A DNA stretch of 27,538 bases from a virus (lineage: Duplodnaviria; Caudoviricetes): IMG/VR virus record IMGVR_UViG_3300036987_000544, positions 1 through 27,538 of that record. The stretch is one strand, 5' to 3'. Both the position numbers and the translations under genes were made by a program. Under the pieces are notes generated by a model that was given only the letters and a program-made list of their open reading frames with translations, did not search any database and was not told the origin of the DNA. Positions 9,274 through 16,254 of the stretch are shown in pieces. How positions within the stretch are numbered: position 1 is the first letter of the stretch; every line of letters starts with the position of its first letter.

Positions 9274-9528
9274 TCACCCGTAGAGCGTCGAGAGGTCGAT
9301 CGGCTCGACCCGGAGCCCCTTCGCCGCAAGGGCGGCGTCGAGATCCGCGTCGGAGATCGTCGGGCCCGTCCAGTTGGCGAGGACGGCCGAGACGCCGAGC
9401 GTCCCGTACTTGATCAGCAGGCCCCAGACGGGACCGCCGAGGGCGATGACGGCCGCCTGTCCCTCGGTCGTCTGGGCGATGGCCGTGGCGTAGCGGAGGA
9501 CGTCCGCGGAGACGGAGAGGACGCTCAT
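9274..9528 (-). CDS. Small hydrophobic hypothetical protein
   Basis: ATG at 9528 overlaps the upstream stop (ATGA); 84 aa [13 protein letters not shown]...; the longer ORF-track version overlaps the upstream gene. Confidence 0.65.
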   Translation of the reverse strand: MSVLSVSADVLRYATAIAQTTEGQAAVIALGGPVWGLLIKYGTLGVSAVLANWTGPTISDADLDAALAAKGLRVEPIDLSTLYG

Positions 9529-10088
9529 CGGGTGGCTCCCTTCGCGTCCGCGAGGGCCTTCTCCGCCCCCGCGTAGTCGAGCCTCACGCCTAGGTCCTGG
9601 GACGCTCGGTAGAGGCGCTGAACGGCGACGATGACGTGGGACAAGCTCTCGGCCAGCCCCTCGGGCGGGGTCGTCCCCGCCTTCACGGCCTTCTTCACGG
9701 CGTTCGCGGCGCGGATCGCCTCGTGGGCGCCGTTCGAGTAGCTGATCGCCTTGTTGACCTTCACCGGGTCGAACGGAAGCGGCGAGCCGAGCGCCTCGCA
9801 CGCCTCCGGCGAGGGCGTGACGGGAGGGACCTGGATTCGGGCGAGCTGCCCGCACTTCAGGCCGGCGGCCTCCGTCTGGGCTTTCGCCTCGAGGAGCGCG
9901 TGCCCCGCGGCATCCTGGAGGTCGTTCATCGAGTCGAGCACCCGGTTCGCCGTCTGACCGCAGTCGGACGCGCCGAGGCCGAAGAGGAGGACGAGAAGAA
10001 GGGCCGGGACGCGGCTCGCGAGAAGCGACGCGCCCCGGCTACGGAACAGACTGCGGGCGGAGGTCCGCAGGGAGGAGATCTGGCTCAT
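9525..10088 (-). CDS. Putative lipoprotein
   Basis: ATG at 10088 (ATGA overlap); basic N-region, hydrophobic [11 protein letters not shown], then ASD-C as an atypical lipobox; helical body. Confidence 0.6.
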   Translation of the reverse strand: MSQISSLRTSARSLFRSRGASLLASRVPALLLVLLFGLGASDCGQTANRVLDSMNDLQDAAGHALLEAKAQTEAAGLKCGQLARIQVPPVTPSPEACEALGSPLPFDPVKVNKAISYSNGAHEAIRAANAVKKAVKAGTTPPEGLAESLSHVIVAVQRLYRASQDLGVRLDYAGAEKALADAKGATR

Positions 10089-10471
10089 TTGACCCTCACG
10101 AGCTTGTAGGTGTCGATCGGACCGGACTCGGTGCGGTAGACGAGAACGTCCACGATCGCGCCGTCCGGCCACCGCAGCGGCTCGCCAATCGACGGGACGT
10201 TGACCAGCATCGGCGCTGGCATCAGACGAAGGAGGGGCGTCCGCTCGCAGGCGCAGGGGCCCGGGCCCGGAGAGGGCGTCGCCGTAGGCCCCGGGGCCGG
10301 GGTAACGGCCGGCGTCGGGGAAGGCGAGGGGGTAGGCGTCGGTGGGCGGGGCGTCGCCGCAGGGGTCGCCGTAGGGCGAACCGTAGGCCGCGGCGTCGCC
10401 GTCGGTCCCGGGGTCCACTGACCCGAGGCCGGAAGCGCGACCGCGCACAGGAGCGCCGCCCACCGTCTCAC
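10085..10471 (-). CDS. Secreted Pro/Thr-rich protein
   Basis: Signal-peptide-like [17 protein letters not shown], then PTATP repeats and a small beta-rich C-terminal domain. Confidence 0.65.
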   Translation of the reverse strand: MRRWAALLCAVALPASGQWTPGPTATPRPTVRPTATPAATPRPPTPTPSPSPTPAVTPAPGPTATPSPGPGPCACERTPLLRLMPAPMLVNVPSIGEPLRWPDGAIVDVLVYRTESGPIDTYKLVRVK

Positions 10472-10957
10472 TCAGCCGATCCCCGGCGAGCCGCCGACGG
10501 CGAACTGGTCGGCGAGGAAGTCGCCGAGGGATACCCCGGCGAAGGACTCCCGCGCGCGCTTCGTCGCCCCGAACGAGGGCCCGTCGGACGTGTGCGGGGC
10601 GAAGGCCCCGGTCAGGAGGCCGTAGCCGCAGAAGGCCGGGTCGAGGTGGACGTAGAACGGAAGGATCGTCGGGTCGGCCTTCTTCAGCCGCTCGACGAGG
10701 ACCCACCGGGCGTCCCGCTCCTTCTCGGTCAGCGCGACGTCGCCGCGCCAGTTGACGTTGCCGCAGGCCCGCTTGATCGCCTCGGCGGCGTCCGGGCCGG
10801 TCATCGGCGAGCCGAGGCCGTACCCGTCGTCCTCGGTGGAGGGCCGGACGAAGTCGAAGAGGCCGCCGAGGGACTCGGGCGGGAGCGGGGTCGCGATCTT
10901 CGCCTCGATCTCGTCCAGGCGGGCGAGGATGAGGTCCAGCTTCTCGTCGTAGTCCAT
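10472..10957 (-). CDS. Hypothetical protein
   Basis: 161 aa ORF with SD (AGGAG); packs tightly with its neighbours. Confidence 0.7.
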   Translation of the reverse strand: MDYDEKLDLILARLDEIEAKIATPLPPESLGGLFDFVRPSTEDDGYGLGSPMTGPDAAEAIKRACGNVNWRGDVALTEKERDARWVLVERLKKADPTILPFYVHLDPAFCGYGLLTGAFAPHTSDGPSFGATKRARESFAGVSLGDFLADQFAVGGSPGIG

Positions 10958-10965
10958 GCTGTCTC

Positions 10966-11148
10966 CTACAGCTCCGGCTCGATGGCCGGTTCGAGCGGCC
11001 CGGAGGCCGCGATCTCTGTCAGGCAGTGCGCGACGTCGGCCTCGTACGGCACGAGGTCGGGCGCGGTGACGACGTCGCCCGGCGCGTACTCGCGCGTTCC
11101 GGCGGCGTCGGAAAGGGTGAAGGGCTTCGTGACGCGGTAGGTCTTCAC
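10966..11148 (-). CDS. Small capsid-associated hypothetical protein
   Basis: 60 aa, SD GGGAGG; KTYRVTKPF...EYAPGDVV pattern typical of small post-capsid phage proteins. Confidence 0.65.
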   Translation of the reverse strand: MKTYRVTKPFTLSDAAGTREYAPGDVVTAPDLVPYEADVAHCLTEIAASGPLEPAIEPEL

Positions 11149-11167
11149 GCGGTGCCTCCCTCGCCTT

Positions 11168-11213
11168 GGCCCGAGCGCCCGCCGGTCCCCTCCGGACCGA
11201 CGAGCGCCCGGCC
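11168..11213 (-). promoter_or_regulatory. Intergenic GC-rich stem-loop (mRNA stabiliser or atypical terminator)
   Basis: Minus-strand RNA GGCCGGGCGCUCGUCGGUCC pairs with GGACCGGCGGGCGCUCGGGCC (20 bp, three G:U pairs, one bulge); no U-tract follows. Confidence 0.55.
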
Positions 11214-11217
11214 TCAG

Positions 11218-11445
11218 CTACTTCTTGCCCTTCTCCTCGTCCTTCTGCGTGGGCGGGTCGGCCTTCGGCGGGTCCGGGGTGGCCACCGCGACGGGAGCGA
11301 TCCGCTTGCGGGCGAGGAGGCGGTCGATCTCGAGAGGGGCCTTCTCCCTCTCCTTCTTCCCGAAGGTGTCGGTCTCCGAGAAGACGAGGCCAACTGGCAG
11401 GTCCTGCCCGTTGTGCGTGATCGGGATGAGGGTCTGGTACTTCAT
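11218..11445 (-). CDS. Small capsid-associated hypothetical protein
   Basis: ATG at 11445 after GAGGAG; 75 aa MKYQTLIPITHNGQDLPVG...; immediately follows the major capsid gene. Confidence 0.7.
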   Translation of the reverse strand: MKYQTLIPITHNGQDLPVGLVFSETDTFGKKEREKAPLEIDRLLARKRIAPVAVATPDPPKADPPTQKDEEKGKK

Positions 11446-11456
11446 CGGCGTGCTCC

Positions 11457-12506
11457 TCAGACGCAGTCGAAGAAGGTGAAGCCCGCGCTCTTCATCCCCG
11501 AGTAGGTCTTGTAGCAGTCGGCGTAGACGATCTTCTGGCCGCCGCTCAGGCCCTTGTCGGAGACGTGGAACTTCACGGTCGGGAAGTCGGGCGAGACCGC
11601 GGTCGTCGCGAACCGCGGGAACGAGAGCGACGGGGTGGCCTCGTCGCCGACGTAGACCATGTGGACGTTGTCGCTCCAGACGTCCGCGGTCGGCAGGCCG
11701 GTCGCCGTCTTGTGGATCTTGTCGCCGACGACGACGTTGACGTTGAGGAGCTGGGCGATGATCTGCGCCGTCACGGGGATGCCCCGACCGAGGGTCTGGG
11801 CCTGGGCCAGGAGGGCGAGGATCTTCGGGTGCCAGGCGAGCGCGTTCATCACGGTCGCCCCGAGGCCGACGTAGTCGGGCCGCGCGCCGCACGCGGTGCG
11901 GATGAACTCGATCTTGTCGGACATCGCCTTGAGCGGGTCGCTGTCGGCGTGGCTGAACTTGGAGGTGCCCGAGAGCGTCGTGTAGTGCGACGCGCTCGCG
12001 TAGCTGCCGGTGTCCGCGAAGAAGGCGGCCCCGTTGACCTCCTTGTTCAGCTCGACGACGGCGCGGGGGGTGATCGTCGCCTCCATGGCGAGGTTGATCC
12101 CGCTCGAGGCGGCGATCTTCAGCTCGTCGTTGTCGACGAGCTCGCCCCAGCCGTGGGGCTCGACGGACTCCTCGACGAGCTTCTTGGCCTGCTGCGACGT
12201 CCGGACGTCGCCGTTGAAGCCGACGACGTCGTTGCCGCTGACGAGCGGCTCGTCGCCGAAGACCCGGTGCACGAGGCGACGGTCCGTGCCGGCGACGACG
12301 TCCGGGGCGAGGTAGCCGAGGATCGACGGCGCCTGGATGTAGCCGATCCCCTTCCGCTGGACGGTGGGGGCCGTCGGCTGGATGCCGGAGATCGCGCCGA
12401 AGCGAGCGATCAGCTCGGGGTTCGAGCGGGCGATCGCCTGGAGCGCCTCGCGGACGTCCTTGTCGATGGGGTTGAGGGCGGGCATGCTCATGTTCTTCGG
12501 CCTCAC
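11457..12506 (-). CDS. Major capsid protein
   Basis: 349 aa after the protease and decoration genes; features such as LSGTSKFS..DSDPL, G.RP....LG......L..HP.I and C-terminal AGFTF resemble gpE-type HK97-fold capsids. The exact start is uncertain. Confidence 0.8.
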   Translation of the reverse strand: MRPKNMSMPALNPIDKDVREALQAIARSNPELIARFGAISGIQPTAPTVQRKGIGYIQAPSILGYLAPDVVAGTDRRLVHRVFGDEPLVSGNDVVGFNGDVRTSQQAKKLVEESVEPHGWGELVDNDELKIAASSGINLAMEATITPRAVVELNKEVNGAAFFADTGSYASASHYTTLSGTSKFSHADSDPLKAMSDKIEFIRTACGARPDYVGLGATVMNALAWHPKILALLAQAQTLGRGIPVTAQIIAQLLNVNVVVGDKIHKTATGLPTADVWSDNVHMVYVGDEATPSLSFPRFATTAVSPDFPTVKFHVSDKGLSGGQKIVYADCYKTYSGMKSAGFTFFDCV

Positions 12507-12853
12507 TTCCCGTAGATGACCCGGGCGATCGCGCCGGGGGCCGCCGCGCCGCGGATGACCTTTCCGAGCGTGTTGACGGTCTTGGAGACCTCCTTGGCGG
12601 CGACGCCGTTGGCACCGCTCGCGAAGAGGTCGTCGACGGCCAGGACCTCGCCGGCCTCGAGCTCGGCCTCTTTGCCGGGCTCGATGCCGTCCGGAGAGAC
12701 GATCGAGCCGGCGGGGAACTCGTTGTCGGGAGCGGCCTCCTGGAGCGAGCCGGTCGCCATGCCGCCGGCGCCGCAGTAGCCGAGCTGGCCCGCGGCGACG
12801 GTGACGATCCGGTAGCGCTTCAGGGCCGCGGAAAGCTTGAAACTCGTGGGCAT
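12503..12853 (-). CDS. Head decoration/cement protein (DUF2190-like)
   Basis: 116 aa Gly/Ala-rich protein (EAGEVLAVDDLFASGANGVA...LGKVIRGAAAPG) between protease and capsid. Confidence 0.65.
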   Translation of the reverse strand: MPTSFKLSAALKRYRIVTVAAGQLGYCGAGGMATGSLQEAAPDNEFPAGSIVSPDGIEPGKEAELEAGEVLAVDDLFASGANGVAAKEVSKTVNTLGKVIRGAAAPGAIARVIYGK

Positions 12854-12863
12854 CGCGGCCTCC

Positions 12864-14207
12864 TCAGTTCACCCGGAGGGCCGCGCGGGCCGCTTCGGGG
12901 GTGACGCCGTTCCGGCGGGCGTACTGGTAGACCTCGGTGGCCTGCTCGCACATCTCCGCGACGGAGCCCGTGCCGCCGGACGGCCTGCCGAGGAGGGATG
13001 CGTCGTCACCCGGCTGGAAGACCGGGCGGGTCGGCGCGTTGACGGAGTAGCGGGAGAGCGTCTTCGCGAGGCGCTCGGGCCCGAGGAGCTGGGCCTGCGA
13101 GGGCTTGCCCGGCTCGAGCGGCCGGAGCCACTCCTCGCGCTCGGCGGCCGTCAGGCGGCCAGCCTTCTCGGCCGCGAAGAGGACCGTGTCGATCTCCCGG
13201 TCGCGCTCGCGGGCCTCGAGCTCGGCGCGGATCTCGGCGGCCGACTTCTGCCGGTCCTCCTTCCGCAGCGTCTCGAGCATCTCGAGCATCTCACCGCGGG
13301 TGAGGGGCCGGTCCTCCCCCTCGCCGTTCGCCGGCGCCGGGGCCGGGGCCGCCGGAACGGGCGCCGGGGCGGCCGCGCGCGCGGAGAGGCGCTCCTTGAA
13401 GGCCTTGTCGATCTGCTCCTGAGTGGGCTCGGCGCCTTCGGCGAAGCCCAGGAGCTTCAGGGTGTCTGCGGAGAATCTCATCGTCTCCTGCTCCTTTCCG
13501 TTGCTCGCCGTCTCGGGCGAGGGGTTGGCGGGATGTCCGAGGGGGCCGCCCGGGGCGGCCTCGCCCTCGCTGTTGGAGAGTTGGGAGGCGACCGGCATGC
13601 CGTCCGCGCCGACGAGGCCCCGGGGGGGCATCCAGAGGCCGCTGAGGAGGACGGAGGAGCGCGAAGAGAAGCGCTGCTCCAGTTGCGCCATCGGCTCGAC
13701 GGTGCCGAGCCCCTTCATCGCCGGGAAGTTCGTGAAGCTGCCCTCGAAGATGTCGGCCGGGCGGATGAACCCTTCGGGGTCGACCCAGCCGGAGAAGCCA
13801 ATTGACCGGCCGAACCAGTTCATCCCGGGGTCGACGGCCTCCTCCCAGGTCCTCTCGTCGAGGGCGACGAGCGCCCAGAGGTCAGCGTTCTCCTCGTAGA
13901 GGTCGAGCCAGTAGCCGCCGGCCTTGCCGCCGTACATGCCCCAGCCGTGCTCGAAGAGCTGCGGGATTCCGCCCTTCGGCTGCATGGTGAGCCGCTTCTT
14001 CGCGTTCCCGACGCAAAGCGCTGCGTCCTCGGGGTACATGCGGAAACGCCGCGGGTCACCCATCTCGGGCTCTCCGCCGATGGCGTACCGCATGCGGCAG
14101 CGCCGCCCGCCGCCTTCCTCGAGCTTCACGGGGGACTGGTCGACGGCGAACGTGAACGCGAACTTCTCGAGGGAGTGCTTCGCGGAATCGAAGAGGACGC
14201 GGCTCAT
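12864..14207 (-). CDS. Prohead protease/scaffold (Mu gpI-like)
   Basis: N-terminal domain with FEHG...KAGGYW..L.....LWALV and SFTNFPAMKGL (gpI LTNxP-like motif); C-terminal coiled-coil scaffold containing AEKAGRLTAAERE. Confidence 0.75.
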   Translation of the reverse strand: MSRVLFDSAKHSLEKFAFTFAVDQSPVKLEEGGGRRCRMRYAIGGEPEMGDPRRFRMYPEDAALCVGNAKKRLTMQPKGGIPQLFEHGWGMYGGKAGGYWLDLYEENADLWALVALDERTWEEAVDPGMNWFGRSIGFSGWVDPEGFIRPADIFEGSFTNFPAMKGLGTVEPMAQLEQRFSSRSSVLLSGLWMPPRGLVGADGMPVASQLSNSEGEAAPGGPLGHPANPSPETASNGKEQETMRFSADTLKLLGFAEGAEPTQEQIDKAFKERLSARAAAPAPVPAAPAPAPANGEGEDRPLTRGEMLEMLETLRKEDRQKSAAEIRAELEARERDREIDTVLFAAEKAGRLTAAEREEWLRPLEPGKPSQAQLLGPERLAKTLSRYSVNAPTRPVFQPGDDASLLGRPSGGTGSVAEMCEQATEVYQYARRNGVTPEAARAALRVN

Positions 14208-14380
14208 CGCCCTGCCTTCTTCTTCCGCTCGGCCGCGGCAAGCCGCTCACGCGCGCCAGCCCGGGGTATGTCCATGAAGAACTCCTGTCTGCACGGCTCG
14301 GACCGCTCGGGGCGCTCTTCGCGCTCGTGCTCCTCGGTTCTCGGCTGCACCGGCAGGGCCGGCTCGATCGGCTTCTTCAT
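14204..14380 (-). CDS. Small charged hypothetical protein
   Basis: 58 aa MKKPIEPALP...KKKAGR with SD GAGGTG and ATGA overlaps at both ends. Confidence 0.55.
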   Translation of the reverse strand: MKKPIEPALPVQPRTEEHEREERPERSEPCRQEFFMDIPRAGARERLAAAERKKKAGR

Positions 14381-16254
14381 GCGGCACCTCTGGCGACCGA
14401 CCTGAGGGTCGCGGGGACGAGGGACTCGACGCGATCGGCGTCCCAGCCACGGCCCGGGAAGACGTCCGGGGACAGGCCCTTGCTCTCCGTCACCCGGTAT
14501 TCGCCAGCCGCGAGGTCCTTCTCGTCGAGCTCGAGGGCGGCGCATCGGCAGTTGCTGATGACAATGCCGCCCGCTACGATGGACCCATGAGCGGTCTCGA
14601 AGTCAAAGACGTCGCCGATGAACTCGCGCATCTCCACACGCCTGATGCGCGTCGCAAGGCCCGCGAGACGCTGAGCCGCCTCCTCCGCTCCCTTCCGCCG
14701 CGTGAGCTGACGAGAAGGCTTGCAATCAGCGCCCACTCGCGTGAGGCCCGAGAGAGAGCGGCCGAGTCCAACCGAGCCCGGAACGCCGCTCGGAGGGCGG
14801 CCATCGTGACGCCTGAGCTGCGGGCCGCGTACGACGCCGGAGAGAGCCTGAAGAGCCTTTCCGACAGGCTCGGAATCTCTCGCACGAAACTCGGTCTGGC
14901 GCTCTCGGAGGCCGGCGTGACCCTCCGCGCCCGGTCCGGGGCCGAACGCGAGAAGTGGGTTCGCCGTCGCGGCGACCGCGCCGCCGTCGAGCGCCAGTGC
15001 TCCGCGGCCTGGGACGCCGCACGCGGACGCGAAAAGCCCCGCGAGGAGGTGGAGCGAGCGGCGCGCACGATGAGCGCGCGCCTGCGCCGCCGTGGCCGTT
15101 TCGAGGACGAGCTGGCGAAGGAGCTTCGCCGCAGGCGCCTCCCGGTCACACAGCAACGTGCCGAGGGGCGCTACTGCATCGACATCGCCGTGGAAGAACC
15201 TCGCATCGCCGTCGAAGTCTTCGGGGTTCACCCGTCCAAGCGAACGCTCCAGCGAGTCCCCCAGCGCATGGAAGCGCTCGTCGGCGCGGGATGGACGCTC
15301 GTCGAAATCCACGCCTACCGCCGCGACGGGGTGTGCCGCCGTCCGCGGAACGAACGAGGCTCCTTCGAGAAGGCGCGTCGTGTCACCGCTCCCTTCGACG
15401 CCAGCGCGCTCGGCGAATACCTCGTCGCCTTCGCGAAGCTCTTGCGCCGCGATCCATCCGCGCGCGGTCAGCACCGGGTGGTTGACGGTCAGGGTGAGGC
15501 TCTGCCCCCTCTCGGTATCCAGCGCTACCACTGGGCCGGCGTATGAGGCGCGAAAGCCCTTCGTCGCCGCGCAGGAGACCAGGGTCTCGCCCGGGAAGCA
15601 GTTGTGGGCCGAGGGAGGGAGGAGGCGCCGCGCGGTCACGTCGTCCTTCAGGAAGACGAGGCCGTCGAGTGCGGCGTGCTCGGGCCGCGTCCGGCCGTCG
15701 TTGATGGCGTCGTAGAGCCAGTAGGGCGACCGGCCGATCCACTCGCGCGAGAACATCTCGGCGTAACGCCCGCCGGCGGTCGCCGCCGCGTTGGCGTTTC
15801 GGAAGACCAGGTCGGCGTACCAGGCGGACCACCGGTCGCCCGAGAAGATCCGAACCCCGGCATCCGCCCCGAACTGGTCGAGAAGCGACTGCGCTTCCTC
15901 GGCCCACTCTGCGAGGGTCTTCCCCGTCGCCATGGCGTCGAAGAGGGAGCCGTAGACGGCCTCGACGAAGCCGGTGTGCCAGACGTCGACGAGGCGGCCG
16001 GCGCGGCCCTTCAGCTCGTCGGCCAGGCGCTCGAAGACGTCGGAGTCGAGGATCCGGCGCCGCTTCCAGCTCCGGAGGGTTTCCTTGAGCGGGGGGACCT
16101 CCGGGCTCGGCTTCTCCTTCGCGTCGAGGAGGACGTCGGCCCAGTCGTCCGATGTGCCGCCGCTCACGAGGACCTGGCGGAGTCCCGCCCAGGCCTTCGA
16201 CGGGCCTTCGATCGCCGAGGCTCCGATCCACGCGAGGGCCGGCCGCGCGCTCAT
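14377..16254 (-). CDS. Head morphogenesis protein (MuF/SPP1 gp7 family), intein-containing precursor
   Basis: LVFRNAN.AA..GGRY, PYWLYDAINDGRTRPEHAALDGLVF and PP..HN/CRC are MuF motifs, split by an intein. Predicted spliced product is 275 aa. Confidence 0.92.
   Translation of the reverse strand: MSARPALAWIGASAIEGPSKAWAGLRQVLVSGGTSDDWADVLLDAKEKPSPEVPPLKETLRSWKRRRILDSDVFERLADELKGRAGRLVDVWHTGFVEAVYGSLFDAMATGKTLAEWAEEAQSLLDQFGADAGVRIFSGDRWSAWYADLVFRNANAAATAGGRYAEMFSREWIGRSPYWLYDAINDGRTRPEHAALDGLVFLKDDVTARRLLPPSAHNCFPGETLVSCAATKGFRASYAGPVVALDTERGQSLTLTVNHPVLTARGWIAAQELREGDEVFAERAGVEGSGDTTRLLEGASFVPRTAAHPVAAVGVDFDERPSRADERFHALGDSLERSLGRVNPEDFDGDARFFHGDVDAVAPLGTLLCDREAPAAKLLRQLVLETATAAQARAHRARRSLHLLAGLFASACGVPGRGALALDGGAVAATANPLLAFGPGPGAEGHAGLRERQTEFRARDSEPVGKALQALSGVVRGPQLRRHDGRPPSGVPGSVGLGRSLSGLTRVGADCKPSRQLTRRKGAEEAAQRLAGLATRIRRVEMREFIGDVFDFETAHGSIVAGGIVISNCRCAALELDEKDLAAGEYRVTESKGLSPDVFPGRGWDADRVESLVPATLRSVARGAA
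14551..15600 (-). mobile_element. Intein (350 aa) in MuF
   Basis: Block A CFPGETLV (Cys1 codon at 15600), block B LTVNHPVLTARGWIAAQELREGDEV, block F DVFDFETAHGSIVAGG, block G IVISN followed by Cys+1. Removal restores the MuF PPSAHNCRC motif. Confidence 0.92.
14587..15546 (+). CDS. Putative homing endonuclease (NUMOD3-like motifs + HTH + DUF559/Vsr-like PD-(D/E)XK domain), antisense within the intein
   Basis: HTPDARRKARET and HSREARERAAES (NUMOD3-like); LRAAYDAGESLKSLSDRLGISRTKLGLALSEAGV (HTH); FEDELAKEL...QQRAEGRYCIDIAVEEPRIAVEVFG.H...RMEALVGAGWTLVEI (DUF559/Vsr-like). Alternative GTG start at 14806 with GGAGG at 14792-14796. Confidence 0.8.
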   Translation: MSGLEVKDVADELAHLHTPDARRKARETLSRLLRSLPPRELTRRLAISAHSREARERAAESNRARNAARRAAIVTPELRAAYDAGESLKSLSDRLGISRTKLGLALSEAGVTLRARSGAEREKWVRRRGDRAAVERQCSAAWDAARGREKPREEVERAARTMSARLRRRGRFEDELAKELRRRRLPVTQQRAEGRYCIDIAVEEPRIAVEVFGVHPSKRTLQRVPQRMEALVGAGWTLVEIHAYRRDGVCRRPRNERGSFEKARRVTAPFDASALGEYLVAFAKLLRRDPSARGQHRVVDGQGEALPPLGIQRYHWAGV

